Positions 37,901 through 51,778 of a DNA stretch of 64,000 bases are shown in pieces. The stretch is from NCBI GenBank assembly GCA_002633005.1, contig NMRA01000281.1, positions 327,123-391,122 of the forward strand, written 5' to 3'. Position numbers and translations under genes: made by a program. The stretch is from Phoronis australis. Lineage: Eukaryota > Animalia > Phoronida. Position 1 is the stretch's first letter, and each line of letters opens with the position of its first letter. The notes beneath the pieces were generated by a model. The model ran no database searches. It was not told the origin of the DNA and was given only the letters and a program-made list of their open reading frames with translations.

Positions 37901-40900
37901 GGAATTTTATTAGTTTACTTATCGAATGAACTATATGCAACCTTGTCACACCAAAATGCCAACTGAATCAGCTGCTATAAATCCGTATATTGTGCAAGAA
38001 CTAACTTTTGACTTAGATCATTTAACACTATAAACGTGATCTCAAATTGTTCCTCACTCAGACAAGAAGCGATTTTTTGTTTTGCAAAGAATTGACAGTT
38101 AATTGTTGCTCATGACCATGCTCAGTGTAAACAAGAACACATCGCGATGAGACAACTTGTATAGTCTGGTCTCAAGTAGTAACTAAATGTCATCTCTCTC
38201 CAATCTCACAAATTACATCTATATTGACTGAGAAACAAATTGAGACCAACCTCATAACCGTAAGAGGATTACATCAAAAGTTGTTTTTTGTGATGGAAGG
38301 CGTATTTAAAACAGCTTTAAGTAAAGAGTAGTGGGAATGCTTAGCAATTTCCAAAATATGGTACAGTTTGAATCAAGTCTTTTTACGCTACGTACAAAGC
38401 CAGGAATAATAGAAAATGTTTGTGTGGGCAGACTCACATTGTTTTCAATAGATTCAAACTGTCAAATGATGGCAATAACTTATCGACAAGTTGTGAAACT
38501 TAGCTACATACTACAAACCTGTGGAACTCTCGACCCAGTGTGCTTGCTATTGACTTCCCAACACTCGTCTTACCCACACCAGGGGGTCCCACAAAGCACA
38601 GGATGGGACCCTTAAGCGAGTTCTTTAACTGGCGAACAGCCAAATACTCGAGGACACGCTTTTTCAAGTGGTCAAGGCCAAAGTGGTCTTGGTCTAGTTG
38701 TTTCCTGGAAAAGTAGACGTGTGCGAGATTAAACAGTCAACCTCTACATATTGCAATCTAAAATAATGTACGCATTGAAACAAAGTTTGTCTTAAATTTG
38801 AGATAACAAAAAACAGACCTTTTAACATTCAGGGTTACTGCAATAAAATCTCACCAATTTTGGATAAAATTGATCTTTTTCGTTTTCAAAAATTTTTAAT
38901 GTTGTTGCGAATGCTCACAACTTCTCAAAATATTACCAGTAGGTATGGTATAGAAAACTGCATCTATTTGATACTAGTTTAATATATTCATGAAAAAATT
39001 AGATGTCACTTGTCTCTCATATTGTATCCTAAACTGGTGAGACTTTACCATACATGGTCTCTAGGGGTGCCCTTAAATAACAATTCCATTCCACTCACCC
39101 TACCATAACTGCTTGAACATGGGTATGCTGGTAGGTAAAATATTCAAGATTTATTTTTAATTTCCACTTTTCATTGTTGGGGGCATACTAATTTTTGTTG
39201 CCACTGATATTTACATATTTACAAATGAAAAATTCTTTTGTCCAATTTAAAATAAACTACTAAATTGCCAGCCACGTACATTTTTCCAGTCATTCAGGCA
39301 ATGGGAAACGAAACTTATTTCAAGTAATGCCTAAATTTTTTTAATGTTACGAGACCCGTACATGACAATATTACCCAACAAAAAGATACTTACTGCACCA
39401 GCAGAAGACAAGAAAAGGCNACAAAGAACCATGTTGTTGTGAGAAACAGACTTTTAGGTTTACAATTGAAATTTGAATCATTACATATAAACTTTTAACA
39501 TAGTCGGATATTTCAGGAGCAACAAAAGTGAAACATCCATGTCTAAACATTTCATAAAAATAAGGCACCCTTAAAAGAAATTTTATGACAATTTTTTAAA
39601 AATCTGAGTTGTAAATAAAACTTGTGCCATATTGGGACCAAATACCCCAACTGTACTGATGTTTTCTAAGTACCTGGCTTTTACAATGTCCAGTGCATCC
39701 TCAGAACTCTTTGACCAAGGCAATTCTGTCATTAGGTCAAGGTAATTCCTACAAGGGAAGTAAACTCTAATGAGAGGATTGAAATGCACACAGAGACATT
39801 TGACTTCATTCTGGGAATAAACCCAGACGTCATGTCTATACAATGTACATCTAATAGCAAAACAACTGAAAAAAAATTAGCTGCTTCAAGACAGTGCGAT
39901 TGTGAATAGGAAATAGTAAACAATCTGATATTCATTTACAAGGGTGTTGAATTAATTACCTTTTCGTAGCAAGATAAATCATGAGAATGTCCGCAACAGA
40001 CTGAGTTATGCTACTGTTGTCCAATACAAGAACGAAAGTGGATTAATCTAATTTGTATTGATTTTTAAACACAATTACAATGAGTTCATGAACCCAATGA
40101 ATTACTGTCAGTATTCTAATCGGATAATGGGGTCGGGTCATTTTGAAGAGGTCACTTACTCTGACACTATCAGTATTCTAATCAGATAATGGGGTCGGGT
40201 CATTTTGAAGAGGTCACTTACTCTGCCACTATCAGTATTCTAATCAGATAATGGGGTCGGGTCATTTTGAAGAGGTCACTTATTCTGACACTGAGATCTC
40301 AGTGAAAATGATTCATTACCTTATCATAGCATGCTCAGGCATTTGTTGAGGCATCTTTTTCAACCTTTTCAATTCCTTCATGGCAGCCTTCAGTGCATGC
40401 TCTGTTAGATTGGCAGACCTGCAACACGACGAAATCTTCATTCCACACTAATTGTCAATATTTGCACGTATCCCATCATAACTTGGAAAAGGCGTGCTTT
40501 AAATAGATACCGTATGACTACGCATATGTGGGATCATGCGCCTACATCCAAATTACTGGATTTCCATTGAATTGTTTTTACTCATTCATATGTTTTGCAT
40601 TAAGTCACACACGCCTATGCTCCACTTATAGGCAAACGTGGCCATCCCTTGGCTTGAACTTAGAACAAATTAGTCGGAATTTTTTTTGGGGGGTTGCTGA
40701 TTCATAATTGTAAAAGTTAGTGTTAAATTGAATACACATCAACATCTATCATTTTGTAATCGATGAATATGTCAAGTTTCATTCATATAGTAATATTTTA
40801 GAAATTTTCTGCATGGTTTTACACAAAATTTTCACCAATAAGCTTTATTTCACAGGCATCTACCAGGACCAAAATACTCACAAATACAGTGGTCTAAGAG

Positions 40901-43900
40901 ATGCATCCAACAGATAAAAATTACAAATTTTTACTTACACTAACAAATTGGCAGATAACGAGATGGATTCACAGACAGATGGTTAGAGATGTCTACAGAA
41001 TATTATACCCTAACATGAAGAAATCCTTTTGCTAAACATTTTTTTTTCAAATATGGAGTTAAAAAATAATTTCCATCATTTTTTCAGAGGCTCACTACTC
41101 CTAAAACGAACAGAACTACTCCAAGTGTATTAGGACAACCTTACAGTATAAACCCTCCAAAAATAAAGCGGATCACTGCTTACTTTATCCTCTTCTCAAG
41201 GTCGCCGATTTCATCTCCATCATCGTCGCTGCTTCCCCCGCCACCATTTTTAAGGTTGATACGGAAAGGGAATCCATCATTACGCCTGGATTTGCCGGGG
41301 ATTTCAATGGAGTTCTTCTTAGAATTTTCTATTAGGTTCATTCCCTAAAAAAATCATCACATCAAAAGTTTAGTCCGAGCAACAAAAATACAAGAAAACA
41401 AAACACGCAATGTCATACCATAGACTATAGTACATGGACTACAAACTCCATATATTTTCAATGGACGAAATCCGTGATCTTATGCATAAGCTGTGATGTC
41501 ACTATTCACTAGAGACACCTGGCAGACATAGCATGTTTTACTTCTGGCAAGTACATCGTCTGCTAATCATGGTCATTTCGTCGGGATTTGGATCAGCGAT
41601 TTTGCTGAACTCGTATCCATGTTTAAATAAAATGAACAGTTGTAAAACATTTACTTCTTAAACAAAGCTGATATTAATACTCCAGAAATAACCATCAGGC
41701 CAACTCAAAATCTATCTCACACTTCAACAGCAGTATACATACTCCACGGGACATTTCATTGTTGAATTTTTGTTTTTCGTTGTACTGGAGAGTAAAATAG
41801 TCACGATACATTAACCGGAAGCCGAGTTTGCTACATTTAAAGCGTGGCGCCTCCTGTAGGATATCTCACAAGAAAATGTCAAAGTTGCGAATCTGTAGCC
41901 CATAATCTATGGTCATGCTAATTACTCCATTGAACAGGCCCATGAACACCACTGAACGTGTCTCTGAACACAATGTTTTCCGTCAAGAATAACACTAGCA
42001 AACTGATGATTATTTTTGGAATCTGGCAAAATTTCACTTTGTCCCTGTCTATTTATGAGTGTATTTTCAAGCTTCTTTATCATGAACAAGAAAGAGCAGC
42101 CAATCACAGAACAATCAGAGCAGTCAATCACAGAACAATCAGAGCAGCCAATCACAGAACAATGAGAGCAGCCAATCATAGAAGAAACTTTCTGTGTCAC
42201 GCTGCATGGAGTTCCAAAATTGAAAATGTTCTCGTTTTCAAGTTGGGACATGTCACGTTATTTAAACAAGATTTATGAGTGGCAACAAAGAGATAATTTG
42301 TTAGAACGTAGAGGACTGTATTCACAAGATATTTAGGGATTCAGAAAATGCACCTACATGTAAATATGTGGGCGCATAAAAATAAAAAGTCTGAAAATCA
42401 AGAGACAGTGGTTAAGCTAAAAATCTTTCGAAACAATGTGTATGCCAATTTAAAGTAAAAATTTTCAGTATTTTCGTTATGGGTAGACATATGGTTGTAA
42501 TATGTGCAAAGTGGCCAGCATTATAATGGTGGGTTCTCACTCCACACAGGTCCATCCAAAATCTACTTTAAGTGCACACCAAAAGGTTTCAGACAAAACA
42601 AGTCAAAATCCCTTGTCACAATGGAAGGGCAGATATCGACATCCTTGGCAGAGTAGTCTTTCCTCATGATTGAGAATGAAGGGGAATTAACACAAATGCT
42701 AGTATAGTTGCTAAGTCATTTCGTCACAGCTGTTGAACATTCAACTTGGTCCCATGCATTACATTTAAGTTTTCAAGTCCAGCCGTAATCAAACCAAGTA
42801 AACTTGGCTCTTCAAATCACTATGCAAGGTGCTTTGCTACTCATTAACACCTGGTACATAGTAGTTACCTCAATCTGTCTCAACAATAACGGTAATGTCT
42901 TCTTGAACCTCTCCATGAGGTCTACAGCCTCCAGAATCTGGAGTTTCTCTGGAAACGATGCCTTGACAATGGACGCGCACACATCCGGCAACTGGTGATT
43001 GGGTAGACTGCTCAGCATTTTCTAAAAAAGGGACTTTACTAAGTGCTGTGTTTTTGTCTTCAATGGACATAAAAAACTATGTTGGCATAAAATGTTTCCG
43101 TAGAAGTAAAAGTGATATAGCTAATATGCAATACACAATGAACTGGGTGACATTACTGATTGCTTAAACTGCTAGTCCTTGGCAACAGTCACTTACAGTG
43201 TACCTGGATTTTGAGAACCAGTTTGATGCCCGTCATTCAGTGGAGAAAACTGGTTATCAAATTAAATACAGAACTCCTGTAAATGATTATTACCGATTCC
43301 GACCTAGTTTGAAGTTTGGTACTTTCAATGACCCTGTGGTCAACATCTGACATAAGACTCTTTATCTTAGTGAGAGACTGAAACCACCTTTGACTTGACC
43401 CAATTTCAAATTGAATTATGCAAGACAGGCCAAGATGAAACACGGTTTATTTCATTCGCAGAAATTCTACAAAGTTGGATTTTTTGGCTGAAAAACAAGC
43501 CCAAGATCTTTTACTCAACAAATTTCTACCAAGTTTTGGCACAGTATTTCTTATATTTTCAACATTACTAAATGTAAAAATTCTAAATAACTATCTTATT
43601 GTGTTCTCTTATTTAATTTTACCTTTTTACTAGAAAACAGTGATTGTGTCAAAGTAACGCACCTTCAGTTTAGCCACAACAGGCACAGATATGTCCAACA
43701 TATCGACCAGTTTAGCTGCATTTTCCCGGAAATTGGTCGCCAGGACATCCAGCTCAGGATTCGCCTTGTCACTCTCATCTACACACAGATGTAGAAGGCG
43801 TTGAATACCACAAAGCTGTGTCAGGTTCAACTCCATTCACTGACAGTCGAGGCAGTGATCGTCGGTTTGTATGACCCAAATGACAATAGTCACCTTCACG

Positions 43901-46900
43901 GGTCCCATATTTTGAGAACCAGTTTTATTCTTGTTAATCAGAGGGGAAAACTGGTTCTCAAAATGTGGAACTCGTGTAAGTGACTATTACCACCCAATTA
44001 GCAGTCTATGACGAGGCCTTGTAACAACTTCAGTAATAACCAGAAATGCAGTTGACATACCCAGTTAAAGCAAAAGACTGGCTGTGAATGCCGCAGTATA
44101 CATAGCTAGTTGTACCAAAAATCTGGCTGTGAATAGATCATCACTGGCCTAACAACGGACCAATCATAGCTCATTGCATTCAAGGAGGATACGTAGTAGT
44201 GGTTTTGTGAGATTACATGTATCTGTTGCGATATTTATCTATTACCCACCTTCAAAAAATACTTTTGATTTCTGAGTACGCACGGTATCATCTTAGGTAT
44301 TATTTGACATGGGAGATAATCAGTTCAAAATTAAAATAAATCCCACTTTTTGCAGCTCCTGCAGACAACATACTCAACAAGAATGCAACAGCATCTAAAC
44401 TGAGGGTCTGAAAATACTAGTTCCCAAACTCTTCAATATGGAATCCTAGAATGTGTTTTTTTTTCACTGTAAATGAATGACAGGAAGGCTATTAAAATCA
44501 TGCACTTTATATTATGGCCAGCAACAAAACTAAACCAACAAATAAAAGTTGTATTAAATACTTGGCAAAGAAACTGTTTCTTAAACTTAGTATTTTTATG
44601 CACAATTGGTCAAAATAACTCTACACTTGGATCAGTGTTCTCCACAACCTGTTTTGAGTCGTCACTATGTAGAGTTCAAAGTTTGCAGCGAGGAGCTTGG
44701 CTTACTTTCATCGAGTTTGAAAACTGACACAACGAATTCGAAGCATTCGAAGATTAGTTAGTTCTTAAGCATATTAGGACGTTTTGGTACCAGTTCATTG
44801 CATTTATTCCAAAACTAAACACACAAACTCCTCACAGTGTGGACAAGTACTTTTAATTGTAATTCAAAAATTCCTGTACATGATGGAGTTTTCTGTTGGG
44901 GAGAACACTGCTTAGACCACCATTATGATAGGACTCAACCCGTTCCTTCTTTAGCTAAGAAGTGATTTCTGGGCTTTGGAGAACTGACCAGTTTACTTCT
45001 TATTTATGAGCTTGACCTCAAGAAATAACAAACTGGTCACTTCTCCTAAGTCCAGATCCAGAAATCACTTTCAGTCTAAGAAAGGAACTACTTGAAACCA
45101 ATTTTACAATGGAAAGCAACTGAAATCGAAAGCAATCTTATGAAAATAGTGAAAGCAGCAGCTTCAACATCAATCTCGTTACCAAGGCTTAACGAGGTGT
45201 TACCGGCAAAAGTGATTTGCTGAGATCTAATTTAGCACAGTCTAATGCCTCAACCCACCCAAATAAATGGCAAAGAGGATGAAGTCACCGGCCTTGTCTT
45301 CATCAAATCTCTGGCAAACAACATCAACAACTGGTGATTTGTAATAGAATCACAAAAACAAAAAAGGACTTTGTTGTTTTATAGCGCTGGTCAAAGTTCA
45401 TAATTTCCAAAAGTCTATCTCATCCAATAATCCTCAAAATGTATTTTTGACAGTAAAAAAATATGCCTTTATTATGTATGCTTATATTAGGTCAATTTAC
45501 CTGTCTCCTGCCCAGGTAGTTTATCCAACTGCGTCACTCTAGCCACCAGGTAAGGGGTTTCCTGCAACAGCTCGTCCACCTTAAAGCGACACAGTCCGGT
45601 CACCAGCAATGTGTAGGCAGGTCTAGGCCAGTTGGTACCGGTCACTTGAACAACCACTGCTGCTGTACCGAGCTGGTGCATGTCCAAACAATCATCACCC
45701 TGCAAATTATTAATCTTAGGTTCACTTTCAATCAATCACAAAAATGATTTCCAAAATAAAAATTGCACGTGATACTATGATAACGTCTGTGCAGTTGGGT
45801 GACTGAATTACACTTTTTACTGACAATTAAAAAGCTGTAAAACTTCATGAAAGCCAATGGCTCATTTGCCACTTGTGATTGCTCATTGTGTTTGTCAACT
45901 TTTCCTGAGAAATTAACTATGATCATAAAAAGACATCAACACATCACATCCACCAACAATGCCAAATGCTCGCTGTTGCATTATTAGGACTTCATGCAAA
46001 CTTTTGTGCAATCTTACTGCAGCAGTGATCACCAAGTGAAGTAGGCCATGATGGATATTGTTAACATTGCTACTGCAGTAATGTTGTCAGTTTTGTTATT
46101 GTTGTTATTCAATATTCTTATTACATGTTCTTTAATATTGCTGTATTAATTAAGGTTATAATGGAAGGAGTGTGTGCAGTGGTGCATGCCTACTCCATAT
46201 TTCATACTTTACCTCATCCTCAGAGCCTTTTGGTATTACGCCAACTATTGTGCTGCTGATGGTGTTTCTACTCAATAGTCTATTCTTGACCATATTCATA
46301 CTGTAAAACCATCGCACAATCATCATACAGTTCAATGAAGCAGAAATCATAAATTAGAAGCAAACACAATTCAATACAGATACTCTATCTGTACTATCTT
46401 ATCTTGGCCAGGGGAGCTAATATTTCGATGTTTTAGAACATACCTCTAATATGTTTATACGCGGAAGTAAGGAAAGAAGGAAGTACAACATATGCCATTA
46501 CATCACTATATAGAACCGTTGGAAGTCTGGTAAGGTTCACATCTCATTGGTAATACATGACCAACTTGTCCTTCGATCAAAGTCATTCATTGTCTGACCC
46601 CGATTGAAGGTCAAGAAGTAAGCAATCGCAAGGACCACACAGTGGCAAGACTAGGAGTATCCCCAAACTTACGGCAGTTATTGACAGATGTAATTGTGTA
46701 TGCTGTACTCCCTTCTTTACTAACGGTACATACTAGAGGTTATGCTCCTGTGCTCTCGATATGGCTGGCAGATGGGTGACCTTCCTGCAACCTTCTGTAC
46801 ATTTTTGTTTGACCTTAAGCACACCGAATGTAATTGAGAACAGTCTTCAATTTGACAGAATGAAGGACTATTCTGAAAATTGTTGATTACAAGAGTAAGT

Positions 46901-48809
46901 CAGTCTAGACACTTAACTCCTAAGCTAACATTTGGGGTTTTGTTACTCCAACGGTTAAAGTGAGGTTATGCAAGATTGAGACTAACCTCATTTCAATTGA
47001 TTCAAAAATAAATGTGCGTGGCTTAGCCACACTACTGACGAAAACCTATTCGCATCGATTTTAAAAATTTGAAGACACTTAATGTTTACTTTTCAATTTT
47101 ATGAAACAGTCAAGCTAGTCATTTGCCTTTATTTTTTTCCTTTTGACTTTGAAATTTGCATTCTAAACAGGCATGTTGGTTTACAACCGCAATTATCCTT
47201 TCCTTAATAAACATTTGGCCAAGCCCATGATTAGCGACTAGCTCCTTTCAATCTGTGACAGCGCTATCAAGCTTTTGATGTGTCAAGGAATTCGCTGGAT
47301 ACTGTGGAGAGAACAACGCAAGCTTTCTCGTCCACTTGTGTGCAAACACCGTTTGTAAGGCCAAGAGTTGCCCGAGTTGGCTTTACGAAATCAGGCCAAG
47401 ACTTTAAGTCAGAAAATCTATCCACAACTCGAAACCAAAAAACAGAAATCTGTAGCCTGTACGGGAGTAGACTAAGTCAAAATCAAAAGACAAAAATTGA
47501 CTTTTTGGCTAAGAAGTGAACAGACTTCCAGAAACAGCCACACTCCACCACAGGCGTCCTCAGCTTCTGATCGTCACCAATACACTACATATAATACTAA
47601 AACATATGACATTCGGGACTAGAAATTCCATGGGTGCTTCGATTCAGCCGTCCATATCAAACACATAACTCAATAAATTTACACTAAACAGGGGTTCAAC
47701 AAACCATGAGCAATTGTTCTTTCTAATAATACTATTCACAGTGTCCTGCTCCAGCGAGTTCACAAGAAACTCGCAGTCAAAGCACAAAAATGTTCCCAAA
47801 AGCCCATACATACCTCGCACTTTGACGGTTCGAAGTAAAGGACGGTTAATTTCCGTACTGTCCTTGACTTCGAACCGTCAAAGTGCGAGGCATGTGTGGG
47901 CTTTTTGGGAACATTTTTGTGCTTTGGCTGGAGTGGAGCAGGACACGGTGAATGGTATCATAAGAAAGAACAATTGCTCAACGTTTATTAAACCCCCTGT
48001 ACCGTTTTCAAAACGGCGACATACTTTTCAATGTTGAAAAAGGTGGGGAGTTACGCAAAAAATGACGTTTATTGCATTGTTTTTCACTTTTAACAGCTGT
48101 AACGGGCAAGGTGAGTGTCGGTTGATTCCCAGATTTTGCATGCACCTCGTCCGGTCTTTAGCTTTACATGTTGATACAAGTTTCACAGCGAGGTGACTAG
48201 AGAATAGTTTACGTGACACGCGATTGCGCTCTCGTGTTACGTCAGCCATTAAGGCGTCCTCACGTTTGTGCAGTACATTTCTACACAAAACCAGATAAGT
48301 GCTGGTGAGTTCTTTTATTTGTCTATTTTCTGGCGCATACGTGTATTAGCCGTTATTATTAGTTATCATTCGTTGTTTAATTACTGTTTATAGAGAGTTC
48401 ACTTGACACACAGTATTTATATATTCATTTTGTATGTTTCAGACGGACATTCGTCTTGCTTAATAAAGCATCGTTAGAAAAACCCGAGGGTTATTGTCTA
48501 GTGACGAACAGAACTACCCTGGCTGTGTACAATTTTTGAGTCTACGGAAGAAATACACATTGGTACTTAGCTGTATCCGTAGCCGTAGGCTATTTTGACG
48601 ATACTAGTCTTCATACAATACATCTAGCTGGCTGGCTAATTACCACGCAGTTTCCCAAACATATCCTTAGTAAGTAACTGCATATCTTATAGTAGTACTT
48701 ACTTTCTTATACTGCGAACAGATATTCTCATAGATGAGCCGGGTAAAAGCACATTATCCTGGACAAGCAGCAGAGGAAGCCTCCGAGGCACTGTTATGGT
48801 GGAAGCCAT
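25934..48809 (-). CDS. LONP2: Lon protease homolog 2, peroxisomal (18 exons, 843 aa)
   Basis: Exons 48703-48809 ([15 protein letters not shown]...VLLPGSSMR), 46213-46300, 45501-45699, 43663-43778, 42869-43021, 41184-41344, 40320-40418, 39674-39748, 38519-38704 (Walker A GPPGVGKT), 37532-37679 ([13 protein letters not shown]; Walker B LLDEVDK), 37251-37330, 36216-36348, 35441-35540, 33753-34009, 33122-33334 (or copy 29777-29989), 31864-32058 (or copy 29017-29211; catalytic Ser in KDGPSAG), 28343-28453 (GGIKEK, catalytic Lys), 25934-26044 ending SKL*, a PTS1 signal. All GT-AG, phases consistent, total 2532 nt. Confidence 0.97.
26842..27035. mobile_element. Short TIR element, GGCGGATC family
   Basis: CAGAGGCGGATCTAC...GTGGATCTGCCACTG. 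Confidence 0.7.
28126..28263. repeat. Tandem duplication, 2 x 70 bp
   Basis: agtcactgtgctgagtgcctagtttaatcctaaccagtgagaggca at 28141 and 28211. Confidence 0.95.
30281..30558. mobile_element. End of an insertion beginning TGTGACGG, possibly an LTR retrotransposon running into the gap
   Basis: Homology to the other copy breaks exactly after GGGGCATG (30280 versus 33625), and the new sequence starts with TG. Confidence 0.5.
30559..31461. other. Assembly gap (N run)
   Basis: Continuous Ns. Confidence 1.
32488..32982. mobile_element. Non-autonomous DNA transposon, 495 bp, hAT-like termini, 6-bp TSD
   Basis: TIRs CAGGGCTTGGAAT...ATTCCGAGCCCTG flanked by TGTGAA on both sides; the empty site with one TGTGAA is at 29642-29647. 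Confidence 0.9.
40104..40292. repeat. Minisatellite, 3 x 62 bp
   Basis: cagtattctaatc...ggggtcgggtcattttgaagaggtcactta at 40109, 40171 and 40233. Confidence 0.95.
42093..42183. repeat. Minisatellite, about 4 x 24 bp
   Basis: agagcagccaatcacagaacaatc repeats. Confidence 0.95.
47689..47999. mobile_element. Foldback/MITE: about 310-bp imperfect palindrome (copy at 50777-51093)
   Basis: CAGGGGTT...AACCCCCTG ends; arms pair almost throughout, e.g. cctcgcactttgacggttcgaagt / acttcgaaccgtcaaagtgcgagg. Confidence 0.85.
48198..48500. mobile_element. 303-bp insertion with 5-bp TSD (GTGAC) and TAG...CTA inverted ends
   Basis: TAGAGAATA...TATTGTCTA flanked by GTGAC; absent from the other copy near 51269. 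Confidence 0.8.
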
Positions 48810-49739
48810 GGCCTAGCATTGACCTAGTTTTAAAAACTCTCAAGGGTAAATGTATGCCTGAATAAAATCCGTTTAATCAATTTATTTCCAATTAATTGTT
48901 TAAAAATACATCTTAAATAATATATTTATAGTTACTCTTAGAATTTATAGCGATTTACAGTAGTTTTATGAGTATTCGAAAAGAGTTTGATATGGTTTAA
49001 CCCTTGACCTTTATGTAAACAACAAAAATGGATTCCAGACTTCCTGTGGAGGTAACTTGGAGATGAATATTTTTCCATCTGCGAATCTGTATGTTTGAGT
49101 GTGTGCCGGAATTTTCAACATTAAGACCCATTTGCCACTTTACACATAGTTCAAAGCCTGGTGACTTTTGACGAGACCTTGTAGTAGGCTAGGAACAGTG
49201 TCACCTAGGCGCTGGACTTGGCCTGGCTTGGACTGGTGANTTCACTTTCAATCAATCACAAAAAATTTTTTTTTTCCAAAATAAAAAATGCACGTGATAC
49301 TATGTTAACGTCTGTGCAGTTGGGTGACTGAATTACACTTTTTACTGACAATTAAAAAGCTGTAAAACTTCATGAAAGCCAATGGCTCATTTGCCACTTG
49401 TGATTGCTCATTGTGTTTTCAACTTTTCCTGAGAAATTAACTATGATCATAAAAAGACATCAACACATCACATCCACCAACAATGCCAAATGCTCGCTCT
49501 TGCAATTATTAGGACTTCAAGCAAACTTTTGTGCAATCTTACTGCAGCAGTGATCACGAAGTGAAGTAGGCCATGATGGATATTGTTAACATTGCTACTC
49601 CAGTAATGTTGTCAATTTTGTTATTGTTGTTATTCAATATTCTTATTACATGTTCTTTAATATTGCTGTATTAATTAAGGTTATAATGGAAGGAGCATTT
49701 GTGCAGTGGTGCATGCCTTCTCCATATTTCATACTTTAC

Positions 49740-51559
49740 CTCATCCTCGGAGCCTTTTGGTATTACGCCAACTATTGTGCTGCTGATGGTGTTTCTACTC
49801 AATAGTCTATTCTTGACCATATTCATACTGTAAAACCATCGCACAATCATCATATAGTTCATACTGTAAAACCATAGCACAATCATCATATAGTTCAATG
49901 AAGCAGAAATCATAAATTAGAAGCAAACACAATTCAATACAGATACTCTATCTGTCCTATCTTATCTTGGCCAGGGGAGCTAATATTTCGATGTTTTAGA
50001 ACATACCTCTAATATGTTTATACGCGGAAGTAAGGAAAGAAGGAAGTACAACATATGCCATTACATCGCTATATAGAACCGCTGGAAGTCTGGTAAGGTT
50101 CACATCTCATTGGCAATACATGACCCACTTGCCCTTCGATCAAAGTCATTCATTGTCTGACCCCGATTGAAGGTCAAGCAGTAAGCAATCGCAAGGACCA
50201 CACAGTGGCAAGACTACGAGCCTCCCCAAACTTACGGCAGTTATTGACAGATGTAATTGTGTATGCTGTACTCCCTTCTTTACTAACGGTACATACTAGA
50301 GGTTATGCTCCTGTGCTCTAAATGTGGCTGGCAGATGGGTGACCTTCCCGCAACCTTCTGTACATTTCTGTTTGACCTTAAGCACACCGAATGTAATTGA
50401 GAACAGTCTTCAATTTGAAAGAATGAAGGACTATTCTGAAAATTGTTGATTACAAAAGTAAGTCAGTCTAGACGAAATCAGGCCAAGACTTTAAGTCAGA
50501 AAATCTATCTACAACTCGAAACCAAAAAACAGAAATCTGTAGCCTGTACGGGAGTAGACTAAGTCAAAATCAAAAGACAAAAAAAAAACTTTTTGGCTAA
50601 GAAGTGAACAGACTTCCAGAAACAGCCACGCTGCACCACAGGCGTCCTCAGCTTCTGATCGTCCCCAATACACTACATATAATACTAAGACATATGACAT
50701 TCGGGACTAGAAATTCCACGGGTACTTCGATTCAGCCCTCCATATCAAACACATAACTCAATAAATTTACACTAAACAGGGGTTCAACAAACCATGAGCA
50801 ATTGTTCTTTCTAATAATACCATTCACGGTGTCCTGCTCCAGCGAGTTCACAAGAAATTCGCAGTCAAAGCACAAAAATGTTCCCAAAAAGCCCATACAT
50901 ACCTCGCACTTTGACGGTTCGAAGTAAAGGACGGTTAATTTCCGTACTGTCCTTGAGTTGACTTTGAACCGCCTAAGTGCGAGGTATGTGTGGGCTTTTT
51001 TGGAACATTGTTGAGCTTTGACTGGAGTGGAGCAGGACACGGTGAATGGTATCATAAGAAAGAACAATTGCTCAACGTTTGTTAAACCCTCTGTACCGTT
51101 TTCAAAACGACGACATACTTTTCAATGTTGAATGAAAATGACGTTTATTGCATTGTTTTTCACTTTTAACAGCTGTAACGGGCAAGGTGAGTGTCGGTTG
51201 ATTCCCAGATTTTGCATGCACCTCGTCCGGTCTTTAGCTTTACATGTGGATACAAGTTTCACAGCGAGGTGACGAGCAGAACTACCCTGGCTGTGTACAA
51301 TTTCTGGGTCTACGGAAGAAATACACATTGGTACCTAGCTGTATCCATTGGCATGCCATAGGCTATTTTGACGATAGTCTTCATACAGCTAGCTGGCTGG
51401 CTAATTACCACGCAAGTAAGTAAGTACCTGCATATCTTATAATAGTGCTTACTTTCTTATACTGCGAACAGATATTCTCATAGATGAGCCAGGTAAAAGC
51501 ACATTATCCTGGACAAGCAGCAGAGGAAGCCTCCGAGGCACTGTTATGGTGGAAGCCAT
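49740..51559 (-). CDS. LONP2: Second copy of LONP2 exons 1 (51453-51559) and 2 (49740-49827), probably the other haplotype
   Basis: Same translations as 48703-48809 and 46213-46300, lying in a block that repeats 45721-49239 after a single N at 49240. Confidence 0.85.
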
Positions 51560-51778
51560 GGCCAAGCATTGACCTAGTTTTAAAAACTCTCAAGGGAAAA
51601 TATATGCTTGAATAAAACCCGTTTAATCAATTTATTTCCAATTAATTGTTTAAAAATACATCTTAAATAATATATTTATAGTTGCTCATTGAATTTATAG
51701 CGATTTTACAATAGTTTTATGAGTATTCGAAAAGAGTTTGATATGGTTTAACCCTTGACCTTTATGTAAACAACAAAA
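51560..51778. promoter_or_regulatory. Compact bidirectional promoter region between LONP2 and the F-box/LRR gene (copy at 48810-49027)
   Basis: Divergent ATGs at 51559 (-) and 51779 (+) are separated by 219 bp of AT-rich sequence. Confidence 0.7.

Noticed and set aside
40104-40292. CRISPR-like periodicity (also 58757-58952 and 42093-42183)
   Set aside because: Head-to-tail repeats without unique spacers, in a eukaryotic context with no cas genes.
46911-47386. About 476-bp segment present in only one copy as a transposon
   Set aside because: No TIRs and only a 2-bp AC microhomology; more likely a deletion in the other haplotype.
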